From Phoronis australis (Eukaryota; Animalia; Phoronida), in contig NMRA01000420.1 in the NCBI GenBank assembly GCA_002633005.1, positions 288,070-352,069 on the forward strand: a stretch of DNA of 64,000 nucleotides, read 5' to 3'. This document shows, in pieces, positions 1-12,225 of the stretch (within the stretch, counting starts at the first letter, position 1; each line of letters starts with the position of its first letter). The translations under genes and the position numbers were made by a program. Under the pieces are notes generated by a model. The model ran no database searches, was not told the origin of the DNA, and was given only the letters and a program-made list of their open reading frames with translations.

Positions 1-1571
1 TGCAAACAGTAAATTGCCACAAAGGTACACAGCATTGGCCTAATCCATTTGAAACTAAATAAGTGCTGTTCAAACCCGGATAAAGATATATTTGACAATT
101 TTATGAAGATCAGTAGATATAAGTAGACATAAAGAAACTGCAATGAGGAGATGCCACATTAGTCAGATACATGCACTAGTTAATGCCAGCCACGATCTCA
201 ATAGAATCACATTCTATTAAACATCAAAAGACTTTGGCAGATAGTGAGGTAGACACAGATAATTACCACTAGGGGGTGCAACAGTACTCAAATTTGAAAA
301 TTAACGGCAGGTATGGTCTCCTTGGCAGAAGCCCATTCATTAACGATAATAATAATAACACATCAATGAACTGGGAAGATATTGATTAGAAGCAATTCAA
401 AGAAAACCAAAGCTGCCCCTAAGGGGCGCCATAGTAGTTGGACCTGTCCAAAAATCAATGTCAGCTATGCTCTTCTCGATAAGATTAAAAACATGGCTGC
501 GGCCTTCCATGATGTTTCTTCAAGCAGTTATAATGTAGGTGGATACGCAGGCGGACAAAAAAACAAAAATAATAACAAAAGACCCCTGATAGGGGAACGG
601 CATAAATCCAATTCATCTGAAATGGGACAGGTGCCGTCACCCCTTGATAGTAATTTAATTTGCCAAATTTCACTAATATCCATCAAGAAACTTAGTAGAG
701 ATGGAGGTGCAAGCAGGAAACCCCAAAAACTGCTTCTAGGAGAACCACAGTAGTACCCTTACAAAAGGTCAAGTATGTTCTTCTCAATACTAAAAAAACG
801 CTAAATATTAAAAAGTTTCCAAAAGCAATTTGGCAGACAGAGAGGCGGACTCCCAAAAAACAAACTAAGAAATAACACGAGCAACGCTGGGGCATTGACA
901 TGAGCACATGGTGCATCGCATACAATTTGTTTCTAAGGGCCACTAGAAAGTGCGGTAAACCGTAGTAGTTGAAGCAGCCAGAAAACCCGGCGTATTGTCA
1001 TCATGTAATCTGCCAATCAGGTCTATATATATAATCTGCAAGCACTTTTCGCCCAATTGTCGAGAACAAAATGGTGCCGGCACATGGTCACCATATATAA
1101 CTATGTAAAGTTTCACTGAAATCCATCAATCAGTTCTCTAGATACTATCCAGAAACACTCTTCCCCCAAACTACACATGAAAAGTTCCTTGTCACAATGC
1201 TGTGGTGGACAAATCTTTCCTCAGAAAGGAAGGGTCCGGGGCATTGACTTCACATTACGTCTGTGGCGTTAAGTTTTGTTGAAATCATTTGATCGTTTTT
1301 TTGATATCATTCCGGGAGAATTGCTCTTTCTCCAAAGAACACATGAATCCCCTTGAGGACAACATGTAAACTAAGGAGTGTTGCTGTAGCTGAAGCACCG
1401 CAAAAATTTAATGGTGATGGGCCATTGACATCACATACCTCTATGTCAATGACCAATAGAGGGCACTGCAGTTGTCCGGACCCAGCAGTATTTGGAAGTG
1501 TCTAAAAAAACAATGCAGACAGAGAATACTTCATGAAAATGCCCCTAGAACTGCCAGACACAGAAACTTAC

Positions 1572-1762
1572 CTGGAATTGCTGGCATATTGTACCGAGTC
1601 TTCACTGTCTTGTGGCACTCCGTGTTGAATTGTTGACTGGGAGGGAGTTCCAAACAGGAAGGTGCAGAGAAAATTCCATAACATAAGTAGGGGTGCCAGC
1701 AGTGTTTGAATGAAACCTGAAGCCCCACTAGGACTGCTCATATTGGACCCTCCCTGAGTACC
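1572..1762 (-). CDS. UBXN4: UBXN4 exon 10 (hydrophobic membrane hairpin)
   Basis: 191 nt, acceptor catttcag|, donor CAG|GTAAGT. Confidence 0.9.
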
Positions 1763-4700
1763 CTGAAATGTAAGAAAACAGTAGAGATAATCACTTTTAT
1801 CTTAACAATTAGATTAAGTGCGCAATCAATAAAACCTGAAGTTTGTGTTAACTCTTACTATTCTTTTATCTGAAAGGGAATTCAAAGAAGAACAAGTTAG
1901 GGCTGTTCCAGTAAAATCCGTGTGGGAGGGGGGGGGACGGCAGTAGAAATAAAAATTCATGGGTGGTTGTCTTCAGAAAAAAACACAAATTATAGGTGGT
2001 CGTTCCTGTAAGAAGTGATCCATTAAAAATGGGTGATATTTTTTGACCTGTTAATGTTGACAGGTTGGTTACTTCAGCCCTCAAAACTCAAAAAGAAATG
2101 CATATATCCTAACTTAACCCAATACAAAAAAGCCCATATTGCCAGTGAACAGAGTGCAATATGTTCACTAAGCCATTAATCAAGTCATGGGCAACTTGAT
2201 TTGAGCCAACTGTTTGTCTGCAGTCCTATTTAATTGAAAAGTTATGCAACACTAAACTGGTGTTAACACATATAAGAAAATTGATGATTTTTAAATAAAA
2301 AGTATGAGGAGTAAGATGAAAAAAATAAAAAGTTCCCATATTCACTTGACATAGAAGTATAAAAGAGTTCGTGGAGACAGTTCATAGATCCTTATAAATG
2401 AAAAAATGTTCATTGAAATTATAGACACATGGTGAACAGAGACACCGGTGGCTGCCAAAAGTATTGCTCACTGCCTACTTTAGTTTTTGACAATATTGGA
2501 CAAGACAACTAGTTCTTGTCTGTCAATCATCTAAGTTCTTAACAGGTCCTCCTGGAGGCAATTTGTTTGCAAGTGTTGGATTTTATATTTTAACCCATTA
2601 AAAATAATTAAAAAATTATGGGTCATGGGTTGGAGAAATAAATGAAAAATATGGGCGGTGGGTAAGAAATAAAAAAGTGCCTTCCCCCCCTCCCATACAG
2701 ATTTTGCTGGAACAGCCCTTACTATAATCATGATGGTAAACTGATCAAATTGCCAAACAATAACAAACTGCAAAACTTGGCGTTTTAGAAATTCCTGTTT
2801 AAGACCACACGGAACATATATGAACAACAGGGTGTTTAATAACGAGAAAAAATCAAGACACAAAACTTTTAAGAAAATTAAAAATAAGTATCATTAAAAG
2901 TTACTCATTTTAAAAACATGAAAAACAACCAACATAAACTAGCTTCCTTAATCAGAGACCTCCGAAATCCATCAAGTTATTCTGGTGGAAGTTTTTCCAT
3001 TGAATGAAGGGCAGGCCATGAGACACGGGCAGGCCATGAGACATGGGTAGGCTATGAGACACAGGCAGGGCATGAGACACGGGCAGGCCATGAGACACGC
3101 GCAGGCAATAAGACACGGGCAGGCCATGAAACATGCTCAACAATCAAATACAATCAGGCTAGTTGGTACAAGAGAAACAGGTCTATTGTTTGTACTGAGT
3201 GCACACAGACTTACAGGTAGGACCAGCAGCACTGCCGTGGGAGACAGCCTTAAGTCTAGAAGTGACAACTCCATGTCGGTGTCAGTGAATGTCCGATTGG
3301 GAAAGGTTGTTTTTAAAACAAAACTATTCCCAAGAGTACCAGAGACATGCTGAAAAACAAGATGTTTCCTGTGAAGGGGTGTTAGTGCGTTTACAAAAAC
3401 AATTGTTCAAGCCATCACAGCCATCACCATAATTATCACAAAGTACACTGGAACCAATATTTATGGAAGATTTGGGGCTTATACCTTCATCCTTCACCAA
3501 AAGTATGCCCAGCACAACTGCATTACGACACGTGAAACAGTGTAATTATTACAAAACGATGTCCAAAAATCATTGAAAATTGCCCGTTCTGTGTTTGAAT
3601 AGCAATATGCCAGTGACAACAGAACATTCAGTGCCGGTAAAAAATAACAAAAGTATAACAACTAACAACTTGAACAACTAAAACTGTTCACTGAATTATG
3701 TATCACTGACTGGACAAACTACTAGTCTATTGAGCGTCCACTCTTTTGGACATGACCACAGGATTCCTCAAACTGATTATTACCTGACCAATAAAGTTCC
3801 TAGCACTTTTCAAAGGGTCTGATGATGGGAACTGTTGTGTGACGGACGAGCCATCGGGAAGTCGAAACTGTAGACGTGCTGTTAGACTACAAAGTAAAAT
3901 GTTCTAAAGCTGGACACTTGTCAGAACCACAACTCAGAAAATTTGTCCACAAATAACGGGTTTCAGTGCACGCCATTTTCCAAATCAAAATTTTGGGACA
4001 CAATGCAGCATAATTAGCTTAATACGAAGACTGTTGTTGTCACTGTACTTAAACTGAGACATGATGAAAAATGCTGGCAGAAATGTATTATGAGGGGAAG
4101 ATTTTCGGGCCAGTCAATCACGACGACACATTATGTAACAAAGGACTCCTTCCAAAACTCGGTTGGCAAAGATAATCATTCCCTAGTTTTAATGTTCTTG
4201 TATTTGCAAGAATGTACGCCAAAAGTAATCCAACAAAATATTGTTTCATCATCAGGGCATGTAATTGTAGGTCCTCTGACGGTGAATTCTATTGGCACTC
4301 AGCCATCATGGCAGGGAATTCTGGCTCATTTTTTAAGATCATTTTGACGTGTATTGTTCTTGTCAAACAAGAAAGCATAAAAACTAGTTTATCGAGTCAA
4401 AACTCAAAACTGTTCGCATACTGCAGAAATTTTACAATTTGAATACAAAACTAAGAATAAGCCCACCTCCTGGTGGCAGCATTCTGAGCTTCTTCCTCTG
4501 CCTTCTTCTCTTCCCTCGCTAATCTAGCTTGACTTGCCGCCATCTCCCGAGCCTCCTTTTCCTTATGAAACCTTGCAGCTCTCTCCTCCCTGTCCAAGAA
4601 AAGAAAATATTTCTTTTTCAGTGAGGCATGGAATAAACTGCTTGCAAGAAAATAATGACACAACACAACAGTGAGTTGAAGGACCAGCAGTATGCTTTTC

Positions 4701-7700
4701 AAATAATAGGGCCATCCTGGATTACACAGCGACGCTCAAATCTTGTTGTTTTTACCCACAATGCCGTAAACATCCGTCAGGCACATTTGCTGCCTTGTTT
4801 TCATGCCACTGGAGTTTCACATATTTGTTGTTGTCCGATTCTTTACAAATTTTTCTCGGTTCCATTACTCTATTCGTCCTTCCAATGCCACCGAAGTATC
4901 ACTGTTGTGATGTGAGAATGTTTGAAGAACTGGACAAATACCCATGGATGCGTGACCTGAAATTCTCACCTTCCCGACATCAACAAGAGACACGAAAATG
5001 TGCCTGATTTCCAAAACGAGGTCACACGCTTTCTACTCTCCGAGACAAAGGAGAATTCTATCGCCATGTATGCAGTGACGGCCCTATTAAGTTTCAGTAT
5101 TAAATGAAAACACGAAGCGATTATTTTCAAAGTTGTTAAGTTGTGATGCTGCCGCCTATTTCAAGGTGTCTCATTGAATTACCAACAAGACAATTAGTAC
5201 ATCTGTCAATCATATGCTGACAACCAGAAGTGGAGGCAGTTTGTCTCAGTGAAGTAGTGTCCCCAATTTTAATCCTTGTAAAAGCTACTGAAGATGACTA
5301 ATTTGACCCTTTTTTGGTCTTCACTGGTGCCTGTTAAAGAGTGCCAGCAATAGTCACGTACATCGGTCCCATATTTTGAGAACCATTTTTATGCCTGTTA
5401 TTCTGTGGAGATAACTGGTTCCCAAAATGCGAGACCCCTGTATGACAACTCATCCCTTGGCTTCATACGTGACCCACTTGTTTCTTAGAATTCACCAAGT
5501 AAATTTTCATGAATGACAAGTAATCCATTACATGTCCATCTGACCACACCGACTCACTTGTCCTTTGCAATCTGAGCTTTCACCTTTTCTCTTGCCAACC
5601 GCTCCATCTCTTTCTCCTTCCTCCGTTCCTCTTTTAGCTCCCTCTGTTGGTATTCCTCTCGCCACTGCTTTGCTTTTAGCATATCTTTCCCCAACCCTCG
5701 TCTTTCAATTTCCTTCTGACGCTCTTTCTGTAACATTCAATCCAGAAAGTTTACAGTATTCAAATACTGTCTCGGTGTATATTCAAAGATTCATGAAAAT
5801 TTTAAACTGTATAATTCTATATTTAACTGCAGATCAGACAAATCTGGTCAGACCAGTGTATATGTGTGACATAGGTTTTTTGTTTACCTGAACAGATAGT
5901 CAGCAAGGGTTAAATTTCACCACACTTAGTTCATATTCACCACACTGAGTTCATATTCACCACTGAAACCAGTTCATATTCACCACACTGAGTTTGTATT
6001 CACCACACCAAATCATATTCACCACACTGAGTTCATACTTGGTTGAGAACATCATCACAAAAGGACTTGAAAATGTACGACTTCAAAGAAATGTGTGAAA
6101 AAGACTTAGTTACAAGAGTTGGAAGACCTTTACAAGACAGTCATCAATTTTGTGCTTGATATTCACACATGTAATGTGCCAATGCTACAAAGAACTGATC
6201 TCGATATAAGCAATAACTGCTTTACAACGAATAACTTATTACCTCTTTTTCAGCAGCCTCTTTTTCTTGACGTTTTTGTTCAATCAGCTGTTTGGCTCTG
6301 AAGATGATAAATGAGAAAACAAGTCACACACACTTCTGAATCACTCAAATTTAACCTTCAAAATTGATTCAACACTACTAAAATAGAGTTTTCCAGTCTA
6401 TATAATATTGCAGATACAGTTTCTTGAAGCATAAACTAGCTAACAGGAAGATGGTGTTGCTGAAACATTTTAGCTCAAACTAGTCAAGAAATGGTTCAAT
6501 TATTTAACAGAACCTGTCGACTTTGTCCTCTAGACTGGTTGCTCTAACCACAATGGGATCAGACTGTGATTGTTCAGGTGGACTGGGGGCGCTACTGTCT
6601 CCTGCAGTCTGTGGTGTGGTGGTGGCGCCACCGTCTGTTGAGTTGCCTGATGGTGTGGTAGCAGTGCTTGTTGGTTGAGCCTGCGCTTCTCCCAGGAGAC
6701 TTGGAGTATTTTGTGATGCGGACACGGCATTCAATTGATCAGCATGGAGCTACAAATTAATGCATAGACACTAGATAGATATACGGGTCCAAATAATAAT
6801 GATGAATATCACGATGTTCAAACAAAGCGATTTTAATTCATCAAAGATGGCTTTGTAATCACTACATTCAGCTAGATAAAAAGCTTCACCAACGCATGAT
6901 AGTGAATTTGAAGTCTCATCTGTTTTGTACAAATGAAAAGAACTTGACAAATGGAGATGGCATTTCAATAAAAAATGACCAGGGGCAACGATAACACGGA
7001 CACATAACCCGTCTCACTTTCTTGATGACCAGGGGCACAGTTAACAAAGATATCTAACTAGGGACACAGTTAACAAAGATATCTAACCAGGGGCACAGTT
7101 AACAAAGATATCTAACCAGGGACAGAGTTAACAAAGATATCTAACCAGGGGCACAGTTAACAAAGATATCTAACCAGGGGCACAGTTAACAACGATATCT
7201 AACTAGGGACACAGTTAACAAAGATATCTAACCAGGGGCACAGTTAACAAAGATATCTAACCAGGGGGACAGTTAACAAAGATATCTAACCAGGGGCACA
7301 GTTAACAAAGATATCTAACCAGGGGCACAGTTAACAAAGATATCTAACCAGGGGCACAGTTAACAAAGATATCTAACTAGGGACACAGTTAACAAAGATA
7401 TCTAACCAGGGGCACAGTTAGCAAAGATATCTAACCAGGGACACAGATAACAGATATCTAACCTGTCTCACTTTCTTGATCTTCTCTATAAACTCCTGGG
7501 GTTGGAAGCTCCCTCCAGCTACTTCCAACGGGACGCCATTTTCTCCAATAAAGTAGGTCGATGGCACGATCACCACAGGGTCTGATGTCAGTTAAGTTAA
7601 CCTACACTCATTCTGGACACCGTGAACTTTACAACAGGAGGGGCACTACTGGGTATTAAGAACTTTTAAAATTGTGGTTCAAAACCCATACATTACGGAC

Positions 7701-10700
7701 AACACGTAAAACCCACAGAGGTCAGTAAAGACCAGCATGTGGTTTCTAATGAAAAGAGTCAGTTACAGAAGAATCCAACAAACTGTTTCACAGTTCTGTT
7801 GCCTCATTAGAACGTGCTGTATTTAAGTCCAACAAACTTCCCCTTGAATCATTTCCATTGGACTGTTTACTAACAGTGCCATCAATCTACATTCAAATTC
7901 ACATCTGTTACATTTAACTGAAATTCTTAGGATCTTAGAGGTATTAGATAAATAGTAAAACGGGTTCTTTAAGACTGTGTATCCCAGCATGGAAATAAAA
8001 CAAATAATAACAATAGACCACCTTCCCCACATGACTTAAACAAATGTTTAGGGTCATGTGCCAATATATCAAGCTTCAAATATATCAAGGATTAGACACG
8101 TATGCTTAAATGTGAAACATATGTCACAGTAAAATTCAGAAGCAAATGTTGAGGGTGAAACTTAACACAATCGTGATCAGTGTTTTCCCTGGGTTTCCAA
8201 AGGAGCGTGGTGGTGAATGGCCAAAACGGGATGCAAACCATGTTGCCGCACGCAAATATGGGAAGTGGGATCCCCCTATTGCCTGGGTTTCAAAAGGAGC
8301 GTGATGGTGAATGGTGGGAGCGGACACGGCGCTGCATGTAAGCATGGGAAGTGAGATCCTCCCATGGGGGGGGGGGGCATTGGATGCCCTTCCTCAGTCA
8401 AAATCTGAAAAACTAGATGTAATTGGGTACAAGTTTACTCACCATAAACAAGACCTTAACCCGAGCATCATGTAGTGGAAGTATCTGGGTAAAGGACACT
8501 TCGCAAGAGAAACTGACAATGAAGTATCATAGTGTGATCTCAGTGTGAAGAGTTCCAAAAAAACTTGTGTTAGGAACTGGACACAGCCAGACACAGATTC
8601 ACAGTACTCCATAGAAATTATGGCGCATCTTCAGGAATATTTTCCTTGGTCGAAAAAGAACAGATTACGATATTAAATACTCATTTCTTTGCCCGTTTCA
8701 TGCAACTTCACAAAATAACAAAACCCTAATTTCAACTAGTAAAGCTTAGTAAATATCACTGAGGTGATAGAATAAGCAAATTTAAACACAGCAGAGCATG
8801 GCATAGGCAACTTACAACTCAGGCGATGAGCTGCATTTTAAACATCATGAAGCCACAAAATGGACACAGTTGTAGACGCAAGTGAGTACAGCATCACCTG
8901 CCACCTGGCTACTACCATTGTCAAATAATTTGATTGGTTGACAAGAGAGAAAATACCCCCTTCATAACCCGGCAGATACGAGGTATGAAATTAGATTAAA
9001 TGATTGTGTTTGAGGGGGGCACAATTCAAGATACCATTATAAAATTATTTTTCTCATTTGATCCACAAACGGCAAAAGGTGTCGTGTGACTTGTGCTTAT
9101 TCATTATTACTACTGATCATTTTTACTAGCGATCACTTTTACTAGCGATCAATTTTACTAGCAATCACTTTTACTAGCGATCACTTTTACTAGCGATCAC
9201 TTTTACTAGCGATCACTTTTACTAGCGATCACTTTTACTAGAGATCATTTTTACTAGTGATTTTTGCGTGCTGGTAAAGTTTTCCCTGTCATGAATAAGT
9301 GTGTGGCGGTCAATTTGGGTATGATTTATGAGTGGCGGGGCCAAAAAGGAGTGCGGCAGGCCGCCCGGATGTTTACACGCAGGGGAAACCCTGGTGATTA
9401 TAAAATGGTATACGCTGACAATTGTTAATTCAACACAAACAAATCTACTAAGAATGGTTAAACTCACACAGAATATACAGCTTGCTGCACCTACACATGG
9501 TTACAAGTGCATGCATCTATTTGTCAATTTGTGAAAAACTTGAGCCAAAACATGCATTATTTTGCATACTAGTAGGCGCAAAAGCCTAAATATGCGCATG
9601 TACCATACACCAAATGAAGCAGGTTCAACAGTCATAACAAGACTATGAATTGAAAGAGAGGATACAGATAGCTGAGAACTGTGAACATTCAGTGCTCTTT
9701 GCATCTAGTCGTATGGCCACAAGATGGCACTGGTGGCACAGTGAAGAGACTGCAGTGTCGGACCATGTTGTCTCCATCTGCTTAGACAGGTCATCCTGGC
9801 CTGAAACACAAACAACAGTAGAATGATCAGGTACGTGACCGGTCACCTGACCTGAAAAACACACACAACAGTAATCAGATATGTGAAAGGTTCCCTGGCC
9901 TAAAGCACACACAACAGTAGAATGAGCAGATATGTGACAGGCCGACAGGTCACTTGATGATGACACTAAAAGTAAGCGAAGACAAATCGGATACAGAATT
10001 AATAACAAAAAAATAACTCTATTTAAATTGAACAGCGGTGCTAAGAAATAAAATATTCCTTTACTCTGCTGCCAAGTTTGTAGACTTTGCAGGATACTCT
10101 GGGGTAAAACAGTGCATGCTTTCTCGTCCATGTGTGTGCAAATCTTATTAGTGTAAGATTTTCCAAATGCTGAGCTGTATCAAACCATAAAACCACTAGG
10201 GGCGCTACTTACATACAATAATGGCTTACCCTTGAGATTCTAGCAATTCCCAAGGTTTTTAATCGCATGTTACCAACTAATCAGTGAAACTTTACCTTTA
10301 GAACATTAGGAGCACTATATACAATGAAAGACAGAGTAGTCAAACCATGAGACCTCCAGGGGTGGGACTTACATTCCCATAATCCATGATAAGGTGGCGC
10401 TTGTCAGATCAGAGATTAAAGACAACAGATTTGCAACTCGGATATTTTCTAGTGTAATATCCTAGAGAAGGCACCACCCCCTAAACATAGCAAACTCAGT
10501 TTCCGTTTAGTGTATTGTGAAGGGAAATTCTTGAATCTGTTTCACTGCCAAGTAATAATTTTAGCATTGAAATGCTGTTCAAAGTCTTCCAACAGTAGAA
10601 CTCTTGGTATCGCGAATACTTTTTGCAGTACTACTGGTCATGCACCCGGCCACACAACAGCCGAATACGATTAGCAGGCAACGTACTTGCTGGAAATAAA

Positions 10701-12225
10701 ACCAACTATGTCTGCCGGGTTTCACTATATAGTGAATAGTGCCATCACAGTTTATGCGTAAGACCACAGATTTCGTCCTTTGAAAATATATGGAGATGGC
10801 TAGTCCATAACTATAGCCTAAGGTCAGATTGATGTTGTGGGCCTCTAATCTGAGATTGTATTCACACTAACCTTGTTTATCTGAAGGGTAGAAGAATAGC
10901 CAGTTATTCTGCCAAAGTTGCCAATTTAACGATTCACTCATGATTTAGCCTAGCCAGCCAGCTAGCTGTATGAAGACTGTCGTCAAAATACAGCTAGGTA
11001 CCACTGTGTGTATTTCTTCCGTAGACCCCGAAATTGCACACAGCCTGGGTAGTTCTGCTCGTCACCGCGCCGTGAAACTTGTATCAATATGTAAAGCTAA
11101 AGACCGGTCGGGGTGCATGCAAAATCTGGGAATCAACCGACACTCACCTTGCCCGTTACAACCGTTTAAGTGAAAAACAATGCAATAAAAGTCATTTTCT
11201 TGCGTAACTCTCCGCCTTTTCTAATAATGAAAGGTATGTCGTTGTTTTGAAAACAATACGCTCGTGTCACGTGCACGCGCCATTCCCTAAATTTTTTGCG
11301 ACATCTCTCGGCAGATGATGATAGCTTGGCAGCAGCAAATTTCTTCTGAAATTCGGTTTTTCGGTATCAAAAGTCTAAAAACTTATGAAGTTAAACCAGT
11401 TCCGATAATTTGTTGCGACGTGTACGCAACCTCGCGAAAGAAGAACAGTTGATTGAAGAATCGGCGAAAAAATAAACTGGCCAATAGGTGACGCAATATT
11501 TCATGGCGCCGAAAGCCGTCGCTAAAGATCGCTCCACAACTTTAGCAGCAGAATAACGCTAGAACGCCATTTTTTCCAACACCATTAAATAATTTAGTTT
11601 ACTCAAGGAAGATTGTAGTTTTTAATGACTCCAATTTTGTGTCAGATTTTATCTTACCACTTTTTTACCCACACAGGTGCAAAGCTGTATATTTACGTAT
11701 ACAGCTTTGTACCAAGGCTAGATTTAGCTCAATTCCTGGGGGCTCAGATCGCGTGGTTCCTCTCTGCCTGTATTGCCTTAGCTATGTTTCAACTGGCACT
11801 GGTCAGATAAAGCTGTCCCTGATTTTGAAAACCCGTTACAGGCCCGTTGGCGTTAATGCGTTACTTCAGCTATTGACTGGTTCTCAAAATCAGCGACCGC
11901 TACATCCGACAAGTGCCGTTTCAACCTCCAGGCTCCAGTGATACACAACAGACTGCATTCCCTCAACCACTGACAGTGACACAGACAGTCACCGTAGTGT
12001 AGGAGACTGGTTCAGTGGTTGGGAGTCGCTCACTGTAGGACTCGTAGGAGACTGGTTGGGAGTCGGTCACTCAGTCACTGAACAAATTCAGCTGACTGTG
12101 CAGTGAATCAGATCAAAACGAAATCGAAGAATTAAAAACATACCAAATATATAAACAACAAAGAGACATTTGTTGGACTTGGCTTGCTGGATTGCTGCAG
12201 AGACTGAACCACCAAACCATTCCAT
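1572..12225 (-). CDS. UBXN4: UBX domain-containing protein 4 (erasin/UBXD2), 10 coding exons, 3' end outside window
   Basis: Phase-consistent GT-AG exons 12225-12144, 9800-9666, 7581-7463, 6749-6514, 6297-6243, 5727-5558, 4589-4467, 3886-3784, 3349-3215 and 1762-1572. Translation gives the UBXN4 N-terminus (MEWFGGSVSAAIQQAK...YPVVIVPSTYFIGENGVPLEV), a charged coiled coil, a UBX domain (ARLQFRLPDGSS...TTFPNRTF...LLDLRLSPTAVLLVLP) and a membrane hairpin (LLAPLLMLWNFLCTFLFG). The C-terminal NTWNGNSTQQM-type tail is not in the window. Confidence 0.95.
3009..3130. repeat. 18-bp minisatellite (GGGCAGGCCATGAGACAC), about 7 copies
   Basis: Direct periodicity. Confidence 0.9.
3215..3349 (-). CDS. UBXN4: UBXN4 exon 9 (UBX domain, C-terminal part)
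   Basis: 135 nt, phase 0 to 0, donor GTAAGT. Confidence 0.93.
3784..3886 (-). CDS. UBXN4: UBXN4 exon 8 (UBX domain, N-terminal part)
   Basis: 103 nt, LTARLQFRLPDGSSVTQQFPSSDPLKSARNFIGQ. Confidence 0.93.
4467..4589 (-). CDS. UBXN4: UBXN4 exon 7 (EERAARFHKEKEARE...)
   Basis: 123 nt, phase 2 to 2. Confidence 0.9.
5558..5727 (-). CDS. UBXN4: UBXN4 exon 6 (coiled coil KERQKEIERR...KAQIAKD)
   Basis: 170 nt, phase 0 to 2, donor GTGAGT. Confidence 0.92.
5914..6037. repeat. Minisatellite of about 20 bp (ATATTCACCACACTGAGTTC), about 6 copies
   Basis: Direct periodicity. Confidence 0.85.
6243..6297 (-). CDS. UBXN4: UBXN4 exon 5 (AKQLIEQKRQEKEAAEKE)
   Basis: 55 nt, phase 2 to 0. Confidence 0.9.
6514..6749 (-). 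CDS. UBXN4: UBXN4 exon 4 (Ser/Thr/Pro-rich linker to SLEDKVDR)
   Basis: 236 nt, phase 0 to 2, open frame between AG and GT. Confidence 0.88.
6977..7462. repeat. 29-bp minisatellite (AACCAGGGGCACAGTTAACAAAGATATCT), about 15 copies
   Basis: Period 29; abuts and includes the UBXN4 exon 3 donor. Confidence 0.95.
7463..7581 (-). CDS. UBXN4: UBXN4 exon 3 (YPVVIVPSTYFIGENGVPLEVAGGSFQPQEFIEKIKKVRQ)
   Basis: 119 nt, phase 1 to 0, conserved UBXN4 motif. Confidence 0.93.
8178..9393. mobile_element. Non-autonomous TIR element with CAG termini and 5-bp TSD (hAT5-like)
   Basis: TIR CAGTGTTTTCCCTG / CAGGGGAAACCCTG; TSD GTGAT at 8173-77 and 9394-98. Confidence 0.65.
9115..9260. repeat. 16-bp minisatellite (CTTTTACTAGCGATCA), about 9 copies
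   Basis: Direct periodicity, inside the 8178-9393 element. Confidence 0.9.
9666..9800 (-). CDS. UBXN4: UBXN4 exon 2 (GQDDLSKQMETTWSD...STECSQFSAI)
   Basis: Acceptor tgtttcag|, 135 nt, donor T|GTATCCTCT (U12-like). Confidence 0.92.
12144..12225 (-). CDS. UBXN4: UBXN4 coding exon 1 (MEWFGGSVSAAIQQAKSNKCLFVVYIF)
   Basis: ATG at 12225, donor TTG|GTATGT, 82 nt, ends in phase 1. Confidence 0.93.

Larger units (their letters stand above)
7582..9665 (-). other. Probable U12-type (minor spliceosome) GT-AG intron of UBXN4
   Basis: 5' site GTATCCTCT. The 3' end ggttaACTTAACtgacatcAG has a CCTTAAC-like branch point about 10 nt from the AG and no polypyrimidine tract. Confidence 0.7.

Noticed and set aside
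3290-3310. UBX loop reads FPN instead of FPR
   Set aside because: FPN occurs in the p97-binding UBX domain of p47, so it is not evidence of lost function.
6977-7462. CRISPR-like periodicity here and at 30771-30986
   Set aside because: Head-to-tail units with no unique spacers, no cas genes, and a eukaryotic intron context.
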